Source: a virus
Lineage: Duplodnaviria > Caudoviricetes
Strand: one strand, 5' to 3'
Virus record (IMG/VR): IMGVR_UViG_3300001598_000051
Location: 4,089 to 68,088 of that record
Length of the DNA stretch: 64,000 bases
Shown: positions 9,034 to 18,292 of the stretch, piece after piece
Layout of the letters: every line of letters begins with the position of its first letter
Position numbering within the stretch: the first letter of the stretch is position 1
Program-made: the position numbers and the translations under genes
The notes under the pieces: model-generated
Told to the model about the DNA's origin: nothing
The model's input: the letters and a program-made list of their open reading frames with translations, nothing else
Database searches by the model: none

Positions 9034-9275
9034 ATTTGCACGCGATTTGCAACACAAGTGTGCAATTTGCTACAAAACGAATCATAAATTGATTGCGCAA
9101 TGTATTATAAAACTTTAAAAAAACCTAAGAATAGCGCCTGTATAGCGTGAAACGGTTATTTGAGCGAGAAAATATATACATACTAAGTAGTAGTGTGCGA
9201 TATATTTTTAAGTATCTGATAATCAAATATGAATAACGCGGATATAATAATGTAAACACGCAATTTGCACGCAAC
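9034..9275. promoter_or_regulatory. Candidate attP region
   Basis: ATTTGC(AC) direct repeats at 9034, 9045, 9065 and 9263 flank an AT-rich core with an imperfect palindrome (about 9170-9209), next to int. Confidence 0.4.
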
Positions 9276-9715
9276 TAGCCATTTTGCTCAATTTTCTCCA
9301 GTTTTGACATACGATTGCGAACGCTTGCCTGATAGTCAAGAAGAGCACACTCCCAACGCTTGAGATCTTCGAGCGTCCAGGACTTACCTGCATCAATCTT
9401 GGCGCGATCCTCCGGAGTCATGACGTGGATGAAATCGGAGAGCGTAACCCAGGAACGAAGCGAAGTCATGTGGTTGGTGAGATCGAGCATGATACCTTCA
9501 CCGAGAAGGATCCACCTGGCAGAGATCTCGGGGAACTTGATGCAAAGAGAAGTGACGACGGAAAGACCGATCGTCTTACCAGCTAAAAGATTGTTCAAGT
9601 ACTGCCTGGACCAACCCATAAATTCGGCAAAGGCAGCGTTTGAGTCGAATCCTTTATAGCGTATCAGCTGCAGGATCCGAAGAGATATATCACTTGAAGT
9701 ATAATCAACCTCCAT
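9275..9715 (-). CDS. CI-like HTH repressor
   Basis: SNAAFAEFMGWSRQYLNNLLAG HTH and FPEISARWILLGEGIML motif of phage repressors. Confidence 0.75.
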   Translation of the reverse strand: MEVDYTSSDISLRILQLIRYKGFDSNAAFAEFMGWSRQYLNNLLAGKTIGLSVVTSLCIKFPEISARWILLGEGIMLDLTNHMTSLRSWVTLSDFIHVMTPEDRAKIDAGKSWTLEDLKRWECALLDYQASVRNRMSKLEKIEQNG

Positions 9716-10187
9716 TTTTATCGTTTGTTTTTTGGTCTATATTTACAAGCGGCTGACGAGAGCCACCGCACAGGAAAGAAACCATCGAAGACATGATCTT
9801 GTCGTTTCTTTCCCTTTCATTTTTCAACGCGAGGTAGTACGCCTCGTTTTCCTTCATCAAACGGGCATTCTCCTCCAGGAGGTGCTCGTTTTGTTTTTGC
9901 GAGCTTTCAAACTGGGTGACATACGAGTCACGCAACGCTCTGTTTATCTCTACCAGTTTCCTACAATTGTCGGACAGGTCATGCACCATCCTATTTGTGG
10001 TACCCATACGCTCCTCGGATTCTTTCAGCAGAAGGTGGACATCAGAGGACATCGAATCATGGTGCTGCAGCATTTTAGCACAGAAGGACCATATCTCATT
10101 GACGTCCTTAATATGAGCCTCCTTTTCGAGCTTCAGGAGCTCTGTGACTTCGCGTAGCAGGCGACGCGTCTCTTCAAGTTCATCCAT
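9705..10187 (-). CDS. Coiled-coil hypothetical protein
   Basis: 160-aa heptad-rich ORF overlapping the downstream repressor start. Confidence 0.65.
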   Translation of the reverse strand: MDELEETRRLLREVTELLKLEKEAHIKDVNEIWSFCAKMLQHHDSMSSDVHLLLKESEERMGTTNRMVHDLSDNCRKLVEINRALRDSYVTQFESSQKQNEHLLEENARLMKENEAYYLALKNERERNDKIMSSMVSFLCGGSRQPLVNIDQKTNDKNGG

Positions 10188-10199
10188 AGCTAAGCGATA

Positions 10200-10610
10200 T
10201 TAATAGTAACCCAAGAGGTCATCTGGTAAGTTGTGTTCATTTTTATTATTTCCTATAGCTATTTTACCATCTAAACTTGACCCTGGCTTATTAATTCTGC
10301 AGATATCACCAACATACTCTACTTCTTGGTTGTTTACAGTTTTAGAGACATGGAACTCACGACCGGAGATGAAGTAGGAATAAGATCTGTAAGTATCGAT
10401 TTTTGTAGAGTTATGCTTATAGAAGTAAACGGTTAAATGGGTTTCAGTGTTGAATGATATAAATTTTGAACTTTCAAAAATCTTACCTTTAGCCACAAGT
10501 TCAGCAGCAGTAACCTCAATAAACTCAGGCTTGCTATTGGTAGAATCATCATTAGAACAAGAAACAATAGAAGCAAAGAAGCAAAGCAGAGAGAAAAATA
10601 ACTTTTTCAT
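10200..10610 (-). CDS. Lipoprotein, candidate superinfection exclusion
   Basis: MKKLFFSLLCFFASIVS-C lipoprotein signal; lower GC; lies in the immunity operon. Confidence 0.6.
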   Translation of the reverse strand: MKKLFFSLLCFFASIVSCSNDDSTNSKPEFIEVTAAELVAKGKIFESSKFISFNTETHLTVYFYKHNSTKIDTYRSYSYFISGREFHVSKTVNNQEVEYVGDICRINKPGSSLDGKIAIGNNKNEHNLPDDLLGYY

Positions 10611-10624
10611 ACGCGCGAACATTT

Positions 10625-11014
10625 TTAATTTTTAGATTCCAGAAGAGATATAAGACGGGCCTGTTGTTCCAGGAGCGTCGTGATTTGAGCAGACTGGGCC
10701 TTCATAACAGAGAGCAGCTCGGCATCCGGAGAAGGAGTAGTGACGGTTTGATTGCCGGAACCATTGACAGGGTTGTTATTGCCATGGATCACAGGAGCGG
10801 TAACAGAGACGACAGAAGAAGGTAGCTCAGAAGGATCAGCATACTTCGCAACAACGTCAAAACCGTACTTTTCAATAAGCAAGCGAATCTGTAATGGCGT
10901 AATTGACCTCGCTCCAGTTTCAATAGATGATATATGATTTTGCTTGCAACCGAAAACAACAGCTATATCCTTTTGAGCTAAACCCAAATCCTTTCTTAAA
11001 TTTTTCAATTTCAT
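10625..11014 (-). CDS. XRE-family HTH repressor
   Basis: LKNLRKDLGLAQKDIAVVFGCKQNHISSIETG. Confidence 0.85.
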   Translation of the reverse strand: MKLKNLRKDLGLAQKDIAVVFGCKQNHISSIETGARSITPLQIRLLIEKYGFDVVAKYADPSELPSSVVSVTAPVIHGNNNPVNGSGNQTVTTPSPDAELLSVMKAQSAQITTLLEQQARLISLLESKN

Positions 11015-11158
11015 AAGAGGCTAACAATTAATGGTGAACAAAATAGCAAAATCTCATTTGTGATATATGCACATAGCAAAAGAGATGTAAATAACAATTA
11101 TTTCTATTAAAAATATCTCTTTATATCACTTTTGGTTGTATTTTGAGATATTTTGATT

Positions 11159-11166
11159 TATCTTTG
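11159..11166 (+). promoter_or_regulatory. Rightward early promoter -7 box in the lysis-lysogeny switch region
   Basis: TATCTTTG in the AT-rich divergent intergenic region with inverted AAATATCTC/GAGATATTT boxes. Confidence 0.65.
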
Positions 11167-11292
11167 CAAACGAAAAACGAAAGCAAACTCAAAAGCGCAA
11201 TCAAAAATCATTACAAAAGTAGTTAGTTTTTCGCAATCAAAGAACATTTCAAAAGAGATATTAAATATTTTTAACAAAAAAAAGGGAACATT

Positions 11293-11721
11293 ATGAATCA
11301 GCAGGAATTCGAGAAACTGACCGGATGGGTGGTCGATCCAGAGGACTACAAAGAGTATGAAGCACTCTACATGGCAACGGGTGACGGTATGGATAAGGTG
11401 GCCTTCTGCGAGGATCTTGTTGAGCACCACAGCAGCGCTATCATCGAGTATTTACACAAGGAGCTGAAAAGAGTCAAGTCAAAGAACATGGAAGAGTCCA
11501 GGGAGCGAATCCAGATGATGGAGAAGCACGACATCGAGCGAAAGGAGATGATCGACTTCCTGATCACAGAGGCACATGAGATGAGCAGCAGCAACGCGAG
11601 AATGAAGGCTATACGCCTCATGGGTGGACGAGCACCATACCTGGCAGAGATCATGAAGAGAGGATATAACCTCTGGGAGATTGACCGCGAAGATCTGATC
11701 GACGTATTAAACAACATCTGA
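11293..11721 (+). CDS. Early hypothetical protein
   Basis: 142-aa ORF, first gene after the divergent promoter. Confidence 0.7.
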   Translation: MNQQEFEKLTGWVVDPEDYKEYEALYMATGDGMDKVAFCEDLVEHHSSAIIEYLHKELKRVKSKNMEESRERIQMMEKHDIERKEMIDFLITEAHEMSSSNARMKAIRLMGGRAPYLAEIMKRGYNLWEIDREDLIDVLNNI

Positions 11722-11763
11722 CAACAACCGGGAGGGGCAACCCTCCCACAATAAATACACAAT

Positions 11764-11940
11764 ATGAAAGACATCCTTTTTACCGCATTGAGATTTTTTA
11801 TCGCAGGTATCCTTATCATGGTTTGCGTAGTATGCTTATTCGGCATACTGTACTACTACCAGACAGCGATGGCGATGGTTCCTGCAGTAGTAGGATTTGC
11901 AGCCTTTGTATCGAGCGTGGTACTGGTAACAAAGAAATAA
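11764..11940 (+). CDS. Small two-TM membrane protein
   Basis: MKDILFTALRFFIAG...VLVTKK*, 58 aa, read by hand; two hydrophobic helices. Confidence 0.6.
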   Translation: MKDILFTALRFFIAGILIMVCVVCLFGILYYYQTAMAMVPAVVGFAAFVSSVVLVTKK

Positions 11941-11944
11941 GCAG

Positions 11945-12229
11945 ATGACGAACCTGGAACAGCGAATAACAGAGCTCAAGGCAGAGATGGAGCTGTGCAA
12001 GGTAACGATGAAGATGCAGGACAGGATCAACCGGATCCAGGGAGGCGACAAAAGCTGCGCCAAGGCACTGGTCAACCAATTCATCAAAGCATCGAGCACA
12101 CTCGCCATTAAAACACCAAAGGGAAGCCACAAACCGGAGAGCTGGAAGGCATGGGTGCATGAATGGAACATCTTCTGCTACTCGCACAAGAAAGAGATAT
12201 ATACACTTTATGTTAGAAACAAGTATTAA
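11945..12229 (+). CDS. Hypothetical protein
   Basis: 94-aa ORF in the early operon. Confidence 0.6.
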   Translation: MTNLEQRITELKAEMELCKVTMKMQDRINRIQGGDKSCAKALVNQFIKASSTLAIKTPKGSHKPESWKAWVHEWNIFCYSHKKEIYTLYVRNKY

Positions 12230-12265
12230 ACAGATGGTCTCCCAAGACCACATAAAAAGAACTTT

Positions 12266-12481
12266 ATGGAAGATATCAGAACAGACCACGAAAAGATGAT
12301 TGCGAAGCGACGCGAAGACGTCGTAAACCGCTACAAGAAACTGAGAGAGAAGCACCCTGGAGCAAGCGACAACCGCATCTTTGTATGCATCGCAGATGAG
12401 CTTGGAATGACAACACCTGGCGTGCGAACCATCTGCATTGAGATGGGAGCGACACAGCCAGTTAACGCACAGACGGAATGA
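12266..12481 (+). CDS. Small HTH-like protein
   Basis: RIFVCIADELGMTTPGVRTIC. Confidence 0.6.
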   Translation: MEDIRTDHEKMIAKRREDVVNRYKKLREKHPGASDNRIFVCIADELGMTTPGVRTICIEMGATQPVNAQTE

Positions 12482-12675
12482 CAACACAGAAGCCAAAGGT
12501 CAACAGAAGTGACCGCTACCCTATAGGGAAAGCCGCAGAGATCCTGGGAATATCAAGAAGCACACTGCTGAGACATACAAAGAGCGAAGACATCAACTGC
12601 AGCTTTGCCAGGAGTTCACACCGGAAGATCTACACCGGAGAAGAGATCATCAACTATTGGATGCAGATGGGATAA
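12478..12675 (+). CDS. Excisionase-like HTH protein
   Basis: YPIGKAAEILGISRSTLLRH (MerR/HTH_17-like). Confidence 0.7.
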   Translation: MTTQKPKVNRSDRYPIGKAAEILGISRSTLLRHTKSEDINCSFARSSHRKIYTGEEIINYWMQMG

Positions 12676-12695
12676 AACAAAAACATACAAAGAAC

Positions 12696-14720
12696 ATGAA
12701 ACGAGTTACAATCAAACAGATGGACCTCCACTACTTTAAGGGAGCCAGGAACAAGTCGGTAACCTTTGGAGACCAGGAGACCATCATCAGCGGACCGAAC
12801 GGATGCGGAAAGACTACGATCGTGGACGCGTTCTTCTGGTGCCTGTGGGGAAAAAACTCAATAGGACAGAGTGATCAGAAGTTCCTCATCAAGACCGTAG
12901 ATGCAGAAGGAAACGAGATACCGCACGTAGATCATGAGGTGCAGGTCACCATTCTGGTGGACGAAGCATTGCAGACCTTCCGCAGAGTACTCACACCGAA
13001 GTACGACCAGGACGACAACCTCAAGGGAAACACTACAGCATACTACTGGAACGATGTACCACTCAAGCAGAGCGAATACAACGCCAAGGTCTCGGAGGTC
13101 ATCAGCGAGGACGTCTTCAAGCTCATCACTTCACCTTACACCTTCCTGCAGTTGCCATGGGAGAAACAGCGAGAGATGCTCATGAACATGGCCGGAGAGA
13201 TCAGCGATGCAGAGGTAGCCGGAGAATCACCGGAGATGCGACAGCTGCTTCTGGATATGACCGGAAAGAGCCTGGAAGAGTACAAGCGAGAGATCAACGC
13301 GAAACTCAAGAAGGTCAATGAAGAGATGAGCAGCATACCAGCACGCATCGACGAAGTTCACAGAGCCATGCCTGAATCGCCTGACATGGATGCGTTACAG
13401 GCAGAAGAGGATGCACTCGCAAAGGAGCTTAACGAGATCACCGACGCTCATAAGAGCGAGATGGAGGTGTATAACGCAGCCAACGCAGAGAAGGCAAATC
13501 TGAGCAAGCTGATCTCGGACCTCACACTCAAGCAGCAGCAGATCCTCCAGGAAAGACAGAGCCAGGAGCGGAATGCGATCCACGAAGCCAACGCCAAGTA
13601 CAACGAGGCCGAGCAGGCGCTGAAGTTCATCAGCACAGAGGAAACGACGGACCGAAATAATTGCGAGAGACAGCAGGCTACAATCGACATGGGACTACGC
13701 AGCACCAGACGCGCGATCGAAGCATACGACGCAAAACTCGAGCGATTACGGGCAGAATGGATGGATTGCAATGCTCAGACCTTCCAGGCAGAAGAATATC
13801 TCAAGTGCCCGCTCTACGGCCACCTCTGCGGAGACGGTCATGCATGCAGCAAGTACGACCAGAACCAGGGCGAAGCATTTGTCAAGTTCAGTGAAGAGAG
13901 GGCGAAGCGCATGGCAGACATCGCAGCACAGGGAAAGGACATCAACGTCAAGAAGGCAGAGCTTGTGGAGCAGGTCAAGGACGGGCAGAAGAAATTCAAC
14001 GAGATCCAGGAAGGATATGTAAAACGAAAAGCAGACAGAGACGATATCATGAAAAGGCACAGCGAGGTCATGGCAACATTCCCGAAGCGAGCGCTGATCT
14101 CTACAATTAAAGCAGAGGATATCGAAGAATGCATCGAGATAGGCAAGCAGATCGAAGCACTGAGCAGACGAGCAGCAGAGATCCAGGAGGTGCATCCGCT
14201 TGTAGATTCAAGCTACGACGCAAGGAAGGATGAGCTGCTGTCAAAGATCAAGCAGATCGGACTCAAGAAGAGCTCAAGAATCACCATATCGCAGCTCGAA
14301 GAGAGAATACAGGTACTCGAGAACGAGATGGCAGAGCTGGGCGAACAGAAGGCAGAGCTCGAATACAAGCGAAGCAACATTGCAGCCTTTGAGATTGCCA
14401 AGACAGAGCTTGTGGGTTCGAGGGTAAATCAGAGGTTCCATCTGGTGACATGGCAGATGTTCATGCGACAGGTGAACGGAGAAGAGATACCAGCCTGCAT
14501 CTGCATGCTGAACGGAGTACGGTATAACGACGTCAACGACGCAGGAAAGCTCAACGCAGGCATTGATGTAGCAAGCGCACTCAGCGAAGCCTTCCAGGTT
14601 TCAGCCCCGATGTTCATAGACGGAGCAGAGAAGAGCCTGCATATCTACAATCCAGGTACAGCGCAACAGATCATACTTAAGGTCGAGGATAGAAAAGAGA
14701 TCAATCTTCTTACCAAATAA
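12696..14720 (+). CDS. SMC/Rad50-like AAA ATPase
   Basis: Walker A GPNGCGKT, long coiled coil with CPLYG..C hook-like motif, C-terminal MFIDGAE Walker B; likely start ATG 12696. Confidence 0.85.
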   Translation: MKRVTIKQMDLHYFKGARNKSVTFGDQETIISGPNGCGKTTIVDAFFWCLWGKNSIGQSDQKFLIKTVDAEGNEIPHVDHEVQVTILVDEALQTFRRVLTPKYDQDDNLKGNTTAYYWNDVPLKQSEYNAKVSEVISEDVFKLITSPYTFLQLPWEKQREMLMNMAGEISDAEVAGESPEMRQLLLDMTGKSLEEYKREINAKLKKVNEEMSSIPARIDEVHRAMPESPDMDALQAEEDALAKELNEITDAHKSEMEVYNAANAEKANLSKLISDLTLKQQQILQERQSQERNAIHEANAKYNEAEQALKFISTEETTDRNNCERQQATIDMGLRSTRRAIEAYDAKLERLRAEWMDCNAQTFQAEEYLKCPLYGHLCGDGHACSKYDQNQGEAFVKFSEERAKRMADIAAQGKDINVKKAELVEQVKDGQKKFNEIQEGYVKRKADRDDIMKRHSEVMATFPKRALISTIKAEDIEECIEIGKQIEALSRRAAEIQEVHPLVDSSYDARKDELLSKIKQIGLKKSSRITISQLEERIQVLENEMAELGEQKAELEYKRSNIAAFEIAKTELVGSRVNQRFHLVTWQMFMRQVNGEEIPACICMLNGVRYNDVNDAGKLNAGIDVASALSEAFQVSAPMFIDGAEKSLHIYNPGTAQQIILKVEDRKEINLLTK

Positions 14721-14743
14721 GTGATTACTACTGACTCATTATG

Positions 14744-14781
14744 CGTCGTGACAGACGGGAGCCAGGCACGACGTTTTTTTT
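14744..14781 (+). terminator. Intrinsic terminator within the early region
   Basis: CGTCGTG (14744-50) pairs with CACGACG (14767-73), followed by T8. Confidence 0.6.
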
Positions 14782-14811
14782 GAAAACAATAACAACAAAA
14801 TACAAAGAACA

Positions 14812-15027
14812 ATGGAAAAAGAAGAATTGACAACGATGCTCAGGAATGCAGTTCTTGGCATCATTAAAGAGAATTGTACATCACCAGAGGTCGGACTCGA
14901 GTCATTGCATGAGGTAATGCTTAACATTACTCTGGCAACAGGAGAAGTCCTCGTAGGAGACAGTAAGACATTCGCAATCGACATCCTGAAGCAGGATATA
15001 GAGATAGTTAAAAAAGCAAAGTTTTAA
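14812..15027 (+). CDS. Hypothetical protein
   Basis: 71-aa ORF with A-rich leader. Confidence 0.6.
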   Translation: MEKEELTTMLRNAVLGIIKENCTSPEVGLESLHEVMLNITLATGEVLVGDSKTFAIDILKQDIEIVKKAKF

Positions 15028-15047
15028 CCATTAAACAAAGAACAAAA

Positions 15048-15881
15048 ATGGAAGAGAACGCAATTGTTCAATTACAGAACAAAGTACTCGGTCCTGCAGT
15101 CGTCAAGATGCAGGAGAAATTCGCAGTAGCATGCCAGACTGCCAAGTCTATGAGCCTTCAGGACAACGCATGCGCAGCATTCCAGGCCGTATGCGTAGTG
15201 CAGCAGCTGCGTGAGGCCCTCAGCGATGAGGTTATGAAGGCCGTCTTTGAGCCGCTCATGAACACTACGATCGGATTCCGCACAGACAAGGATCCAAGCC
15301 GACCAGGGAAGAACGGAGTAGCACCGAAGCCATACGACTCATCGGTCATCCGCGACTGTCTCATCGACGCCATCAGCTACGGACTCATGCCGACAGGCAA
15401 CCAGTTCAATATCATCGCAGGCCGCATGTACCCAACCAAGGAAGGATACACAGCACTGCTGAAGAACATTGGATGCAAGTACATGATCAGCGTAGGCCAG
15501 GATCAGCAGAAGCCAGAGGCGCCATTTGCTGAGATCCCATGCAAGATCAACTACGACATGAACGGAGATAAGGGAGGCTACACCTTCATCGCCACCGTCA
15601 AGAAGGATAGCTACAGCAGCGCAGACCAGCTCAGAGGCAAGGCTGAGCGCAGAGCCAAGAAGAGCCTGTACGAGTATCTCACAGGATGCGACCTCGGAGA
15701 CGCAGACGAGGAAAGCAGCACTCCGATAGCCGCAGCCAACCAGGGTGGCGTCATCGCGCTGGAACCTGCTCAGCCACAGAGCCAGCAGCAGGCCATGAAC
15801 ATGGCAGCGCAGAACAGCGAAGCAGCATGGCGACAGGCAGCAAAGAATAACGCAGAACCAGCCAAAGGTCCTGGTTTCTAA
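15048..15881 (+). CDS. Putative single-strand annealing recombinase
   Basis: 277 aa between the AAA ATPase and the MBL nuclease, a typical recombination triad; low-complexity Q/A-rich tail. Confidence 0.5.
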   Translation: MEENAIVQLQNKVLGPAVVKMQEKFAVACQTAKSMSLQDNACAAFQAVCVVQQLREALSDEVMKAVFEPLMNTTIGFRTDKDPSRPGKNGVAPKPYDSSVIRDCLIDAISYGLMPTGNQFNIIAGRMYPTKEGYTALLKNIGCKYMISVGQDQQKPEAPFAEIPCKINYDMNGDKGGYTFIATVKKDSYSSADQLRGKAERRAKKSLYEYLTGCDLGDADEESSTPIAAANQGGVIALEPAQPQSQQQAMNMAAQNSEAAWRQAAKNNAEPAKGPGF

Positions 15882-15893
15882 ACATAGAGAAGA

Positions 15894-16640
15894 ATGAGAC
15901 TGAAAGTCCTTGGAAGCGGCAGCAAAGGCAACGGCTACCTGCTCTACAACGATGAAGAAATACTAATGCTCGAGGCAGGGGTACCATTCAGAGAGGTACT
16001 CAGCGCCTTGGGCGGTAAGATAGGAAGAATCAAAGGATGTCTGGTAACACACGAACATGGAGATCACGCCAAGTTCGTCAAAGAGGTGCTCAGCCACGGA
16101 ATCAAGACGTATATGACACCCGGAACCAGAGAGCAGATCCTGCTACGGCACAGGCTGAGCCACATGGTCACCAGGCCAGTACCCGTAGAGATCCAGAAGA
16201 CACAGAAGATCGGAGGATTCACGATACTGCCATTCAACACCGTACACGACGCAGCTGAGCCTTGCGGATTCCTCATCCACAACAGAGAGACAGGTACCAT
16301 GCTGTTTGCCACAGATACCTTCTGCCTGCCAAACACCTTTGCAGGATTGACGAACGTCATGATTGAATGCAACTACGACGAGGATCTGCTCTACGCAAGG
16401 GAAGACATACCTGATACACTGAAGGACAGAATTCGCAGCAGTCACATGAGCGTGATCACCTGCATAGAAGCGCTTCAGGCTAACGATCTCACGAAGGTGA
16501 ACAACATTATCCTTCTACACCTGAGCGAAGGAGACGGAGACCCGGTGAGCTTCCAGGAGAAGGTGACAGCAAGCACAGGAAAGAACGTAACGGTCGCAAC
16601 CAAAGGACTGGATATCGCATTCGACTCGACACCATTCTAG
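15894..16640 (+). CDS. MBL-fold metallo-hydrolase (phage exonuclease type)
   Basis: LGSGSKGN, THEHGDH, HDAAEP, ATDT, SHMS, LLHLS motifs. Confidence 0.9.
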   Translation: MRLKVLGSGSKGNGYLLYNDEEILMLEAGVPFREVLSALGGKIGRIKGCLVTHEHGDHAKFVKEVLSHGIKTYMTPGTREQILLRHRLSHMVTRPVPVEIQKTQKIGGFTILPFNTVHDAAEPCGFLIHNRETGTMLFATDTFCLPNTFAGLTNVMIECNYDEDLLYAREDIPDTLKDRIRSSHMSVITCIEALQANDLTKVNNIILLHLSEGDGDPVSFQEKVTASTGKNVTVATKGLDIAFDSTPF

Positions 16641-16644
16641 CTTA

Positions 16645-16796
16645 AGCCGCCGACCTAAGTGATAGCGTAGGAATTGCATAGCCTCGGAATAGTCGCATTT
16701 TCGCAGGGCACAAGAAAGTCGGCAGCTAGCTATTTGATTAAATAAGCGTCCAGGCAGTGGGGAAGACTACCATCGTGTGAGGTGGCACGAGACTTC
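16645..16796 (+). ncRNA. Candidate structured RNA
   Basis: Non-coding gap; AGCCGCCGAC/GTCGGCAGCT stem closing about 60 nt, plus hairpins TATTT/AAATA, GTGG/CTAC and TCGTGT/GCACGA. Confidence 0.3.
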
Positions 16797-16816
16797 ACTT
16801 TTTAATACTTACAGAA

Positions 16817-17242
16817 ATGCAACAGCAGATATTTCAGAACTACAACGAAGAAGCAAGACGCGAGATGCTAGAGGACAACGCATCGCAGGTGACCCTTGGC
16901 CACTATACGCGAAAGTTCTCACAGGCAGAGAAGCATCAGCGCCAGAAGCGCAACGCAGAGATTGACATCCAGCTCGCAGAGATAAGAGAAGAGCTCGATG
17001 CATTCAAGATCAGCATCAAGAACCGTATGTCACCACTCCAGGAAGAGAAGAACAAGATTCTTGAAGAAATCAAGAGCAACGGAGAGTACATCGAAGGCAA
17101 GCTCTACAAGATCATCGACCGCGAAGCCAAGGAGGTCGGATTCTATGACGAGGACGGTAATCTGGTAGAGCAGCGACGCATGACCAAGGAAGACAATCAG
17201 CTGCATATTAGCGACGCTTTCAAGGAAGCGGCAAACATGTAA
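16817..17242 (+). CDS. Hypothetical coiled-coil protein
   Basis: 141-aa ORF. Confidence 0.7.
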   Translation: MQQQIFQNYNEEARREMLEDNASQVTLGHYTRKFSQAEKHQRQKRNAEIDIQLAEIREELDAFKISIKNRMSPLQEEKNKILEEIKSNGEYIEGKLYKIIDREAKEVGFYDEDGNLVEQRRMTKEDNQLHISDAFKEAANM

Positions 17243-17288
17243 AATATTTATTTACTGAAAGTTATACTATTTCAAAAAACATATCGTT

Positions 17289-18122
17289 ATGATTGAGAAC
17301 AACGAAAAGCAGCCAATCATGGTAAAGATAGAAAACTACACAGGTGAGAAGCCTATAGAGATCATCTACAGAGAAGACAATCCGGTGGATCGACTGGAAA
17401 CCATCCAGGCGAAGATTCCGGAGGCCTTCAACATCGCAGGCATCATCAGCGCTCCAGCAGACTGGCTCGAGAAGCGAGTAGAAGACATTGAACAGCACAA
17501 CGCACGCGTCGAGGTTATGCGAGAGCAGGGAGCCATCAAGCTCATCCTTAACGAGCGCAACTGCCATGTATCGCTGGCAGAGCATATCGACGAAGATGTG
17601 ACCTACAACGCAGCCATCAACGACCATATCATGCAGCGAAGCACAGTTATAGGAAGTATCCAGTTTACTGAAATCTTCAAGCGACTTCACATCAACGAAG
17701 AGGACTCATGGATCGACCCGCAGAAGCTCGCGGCCTTCTTCCGACTGAACCGAAGTATCTTCCATGACCTGGAAGAGAACATGGTACTGGTCAGCATTCT
17801 CAAGAACATCAAAGCCAAGATCAATGCAGACTACGAGAAGACCAAGGACACCTATACCGGAAGCCGCACAGAGTTCTACCAGCAGAGCGTGGAGCACAAC
17901 CTGCCAAAGAGCTTTGATATCTGCATCCCGATCTTCAAGGGAGCTCCGGCTGAGAAGTACAACGTCGAGTTTGATGTAGATATCGTGGACGGTAAGATCC
18001 TGCTGCAGCTCAAGTCGCCTGCCATCAACGACCAGGTAGAGAGTTCACGCGACGAAATCATCAACAAGGAACTCGATCGCATCCGGACCATCGCGTCAGA
18101 CCTCGTAATCATCGAAATGTAA
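17289..18122 (+). CDS. Hypothetical protein
   Basis: 277-aa ORF, co-oriented with the early operon. Confidence 0.7.
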   Translation: MIENNEKQPIMVKIENYTGEKPIEIIYREDNPVDRLETIQAKIPEAFNIAGIISAPADWLEKRVEDIEQHNARVEVMREQGAIKLILNERNCHVSLAEHIDEDVTYNAAINDHIMQRSTVIGSIQFTEIFKRLHINEEDSWIDPQKLAAFFRLNRSIFHDLEENMVLVSILKNIKAKINADYEKTKDTYTGSRTEFYQQSVEHNLPKSFDICIPIFKGAPAEKYNVEFDVDIVDGKILLQLKSPAINDQVESSRDEIINKELDRIRTIASDLVIIEM

Positions 18123-18127
18123 AAAAC

Positions 18128-18216
18128 GCGATAATTTGCGCCTGTTGCGATTTTTGACGCGCAGACGATAAACTAATCGATTTACGAAAGAAAACGCAAC
18201 ACGCGCAAATTGTCGC
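18128..18216. repeat. Imperfect inverted repeat, member of a dispersed two-arm element family
   Basis: GCGATAATTTGCGCCTGTTGCG versus CGCAACACGCGCAAATTGTCGC, 20/22 complementary. Confidence 0.8.
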
Positions 18217-18292
18217 AGTTTTAGAGGGGTTCTGTAAATGGTTTGGTTGCACAATGGGACATTTTTACGTAAAACAACATAACAAAGAACAA

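Noticed and set aside
11729-11750. GGGAGGG-GCAA-CCCTCCC hairpin as a boxB-like antitermination site
   Set aside because: A single GNRA hairpin with no antiterminator gene identified; equally consistent with a weak terminator or stabiliser
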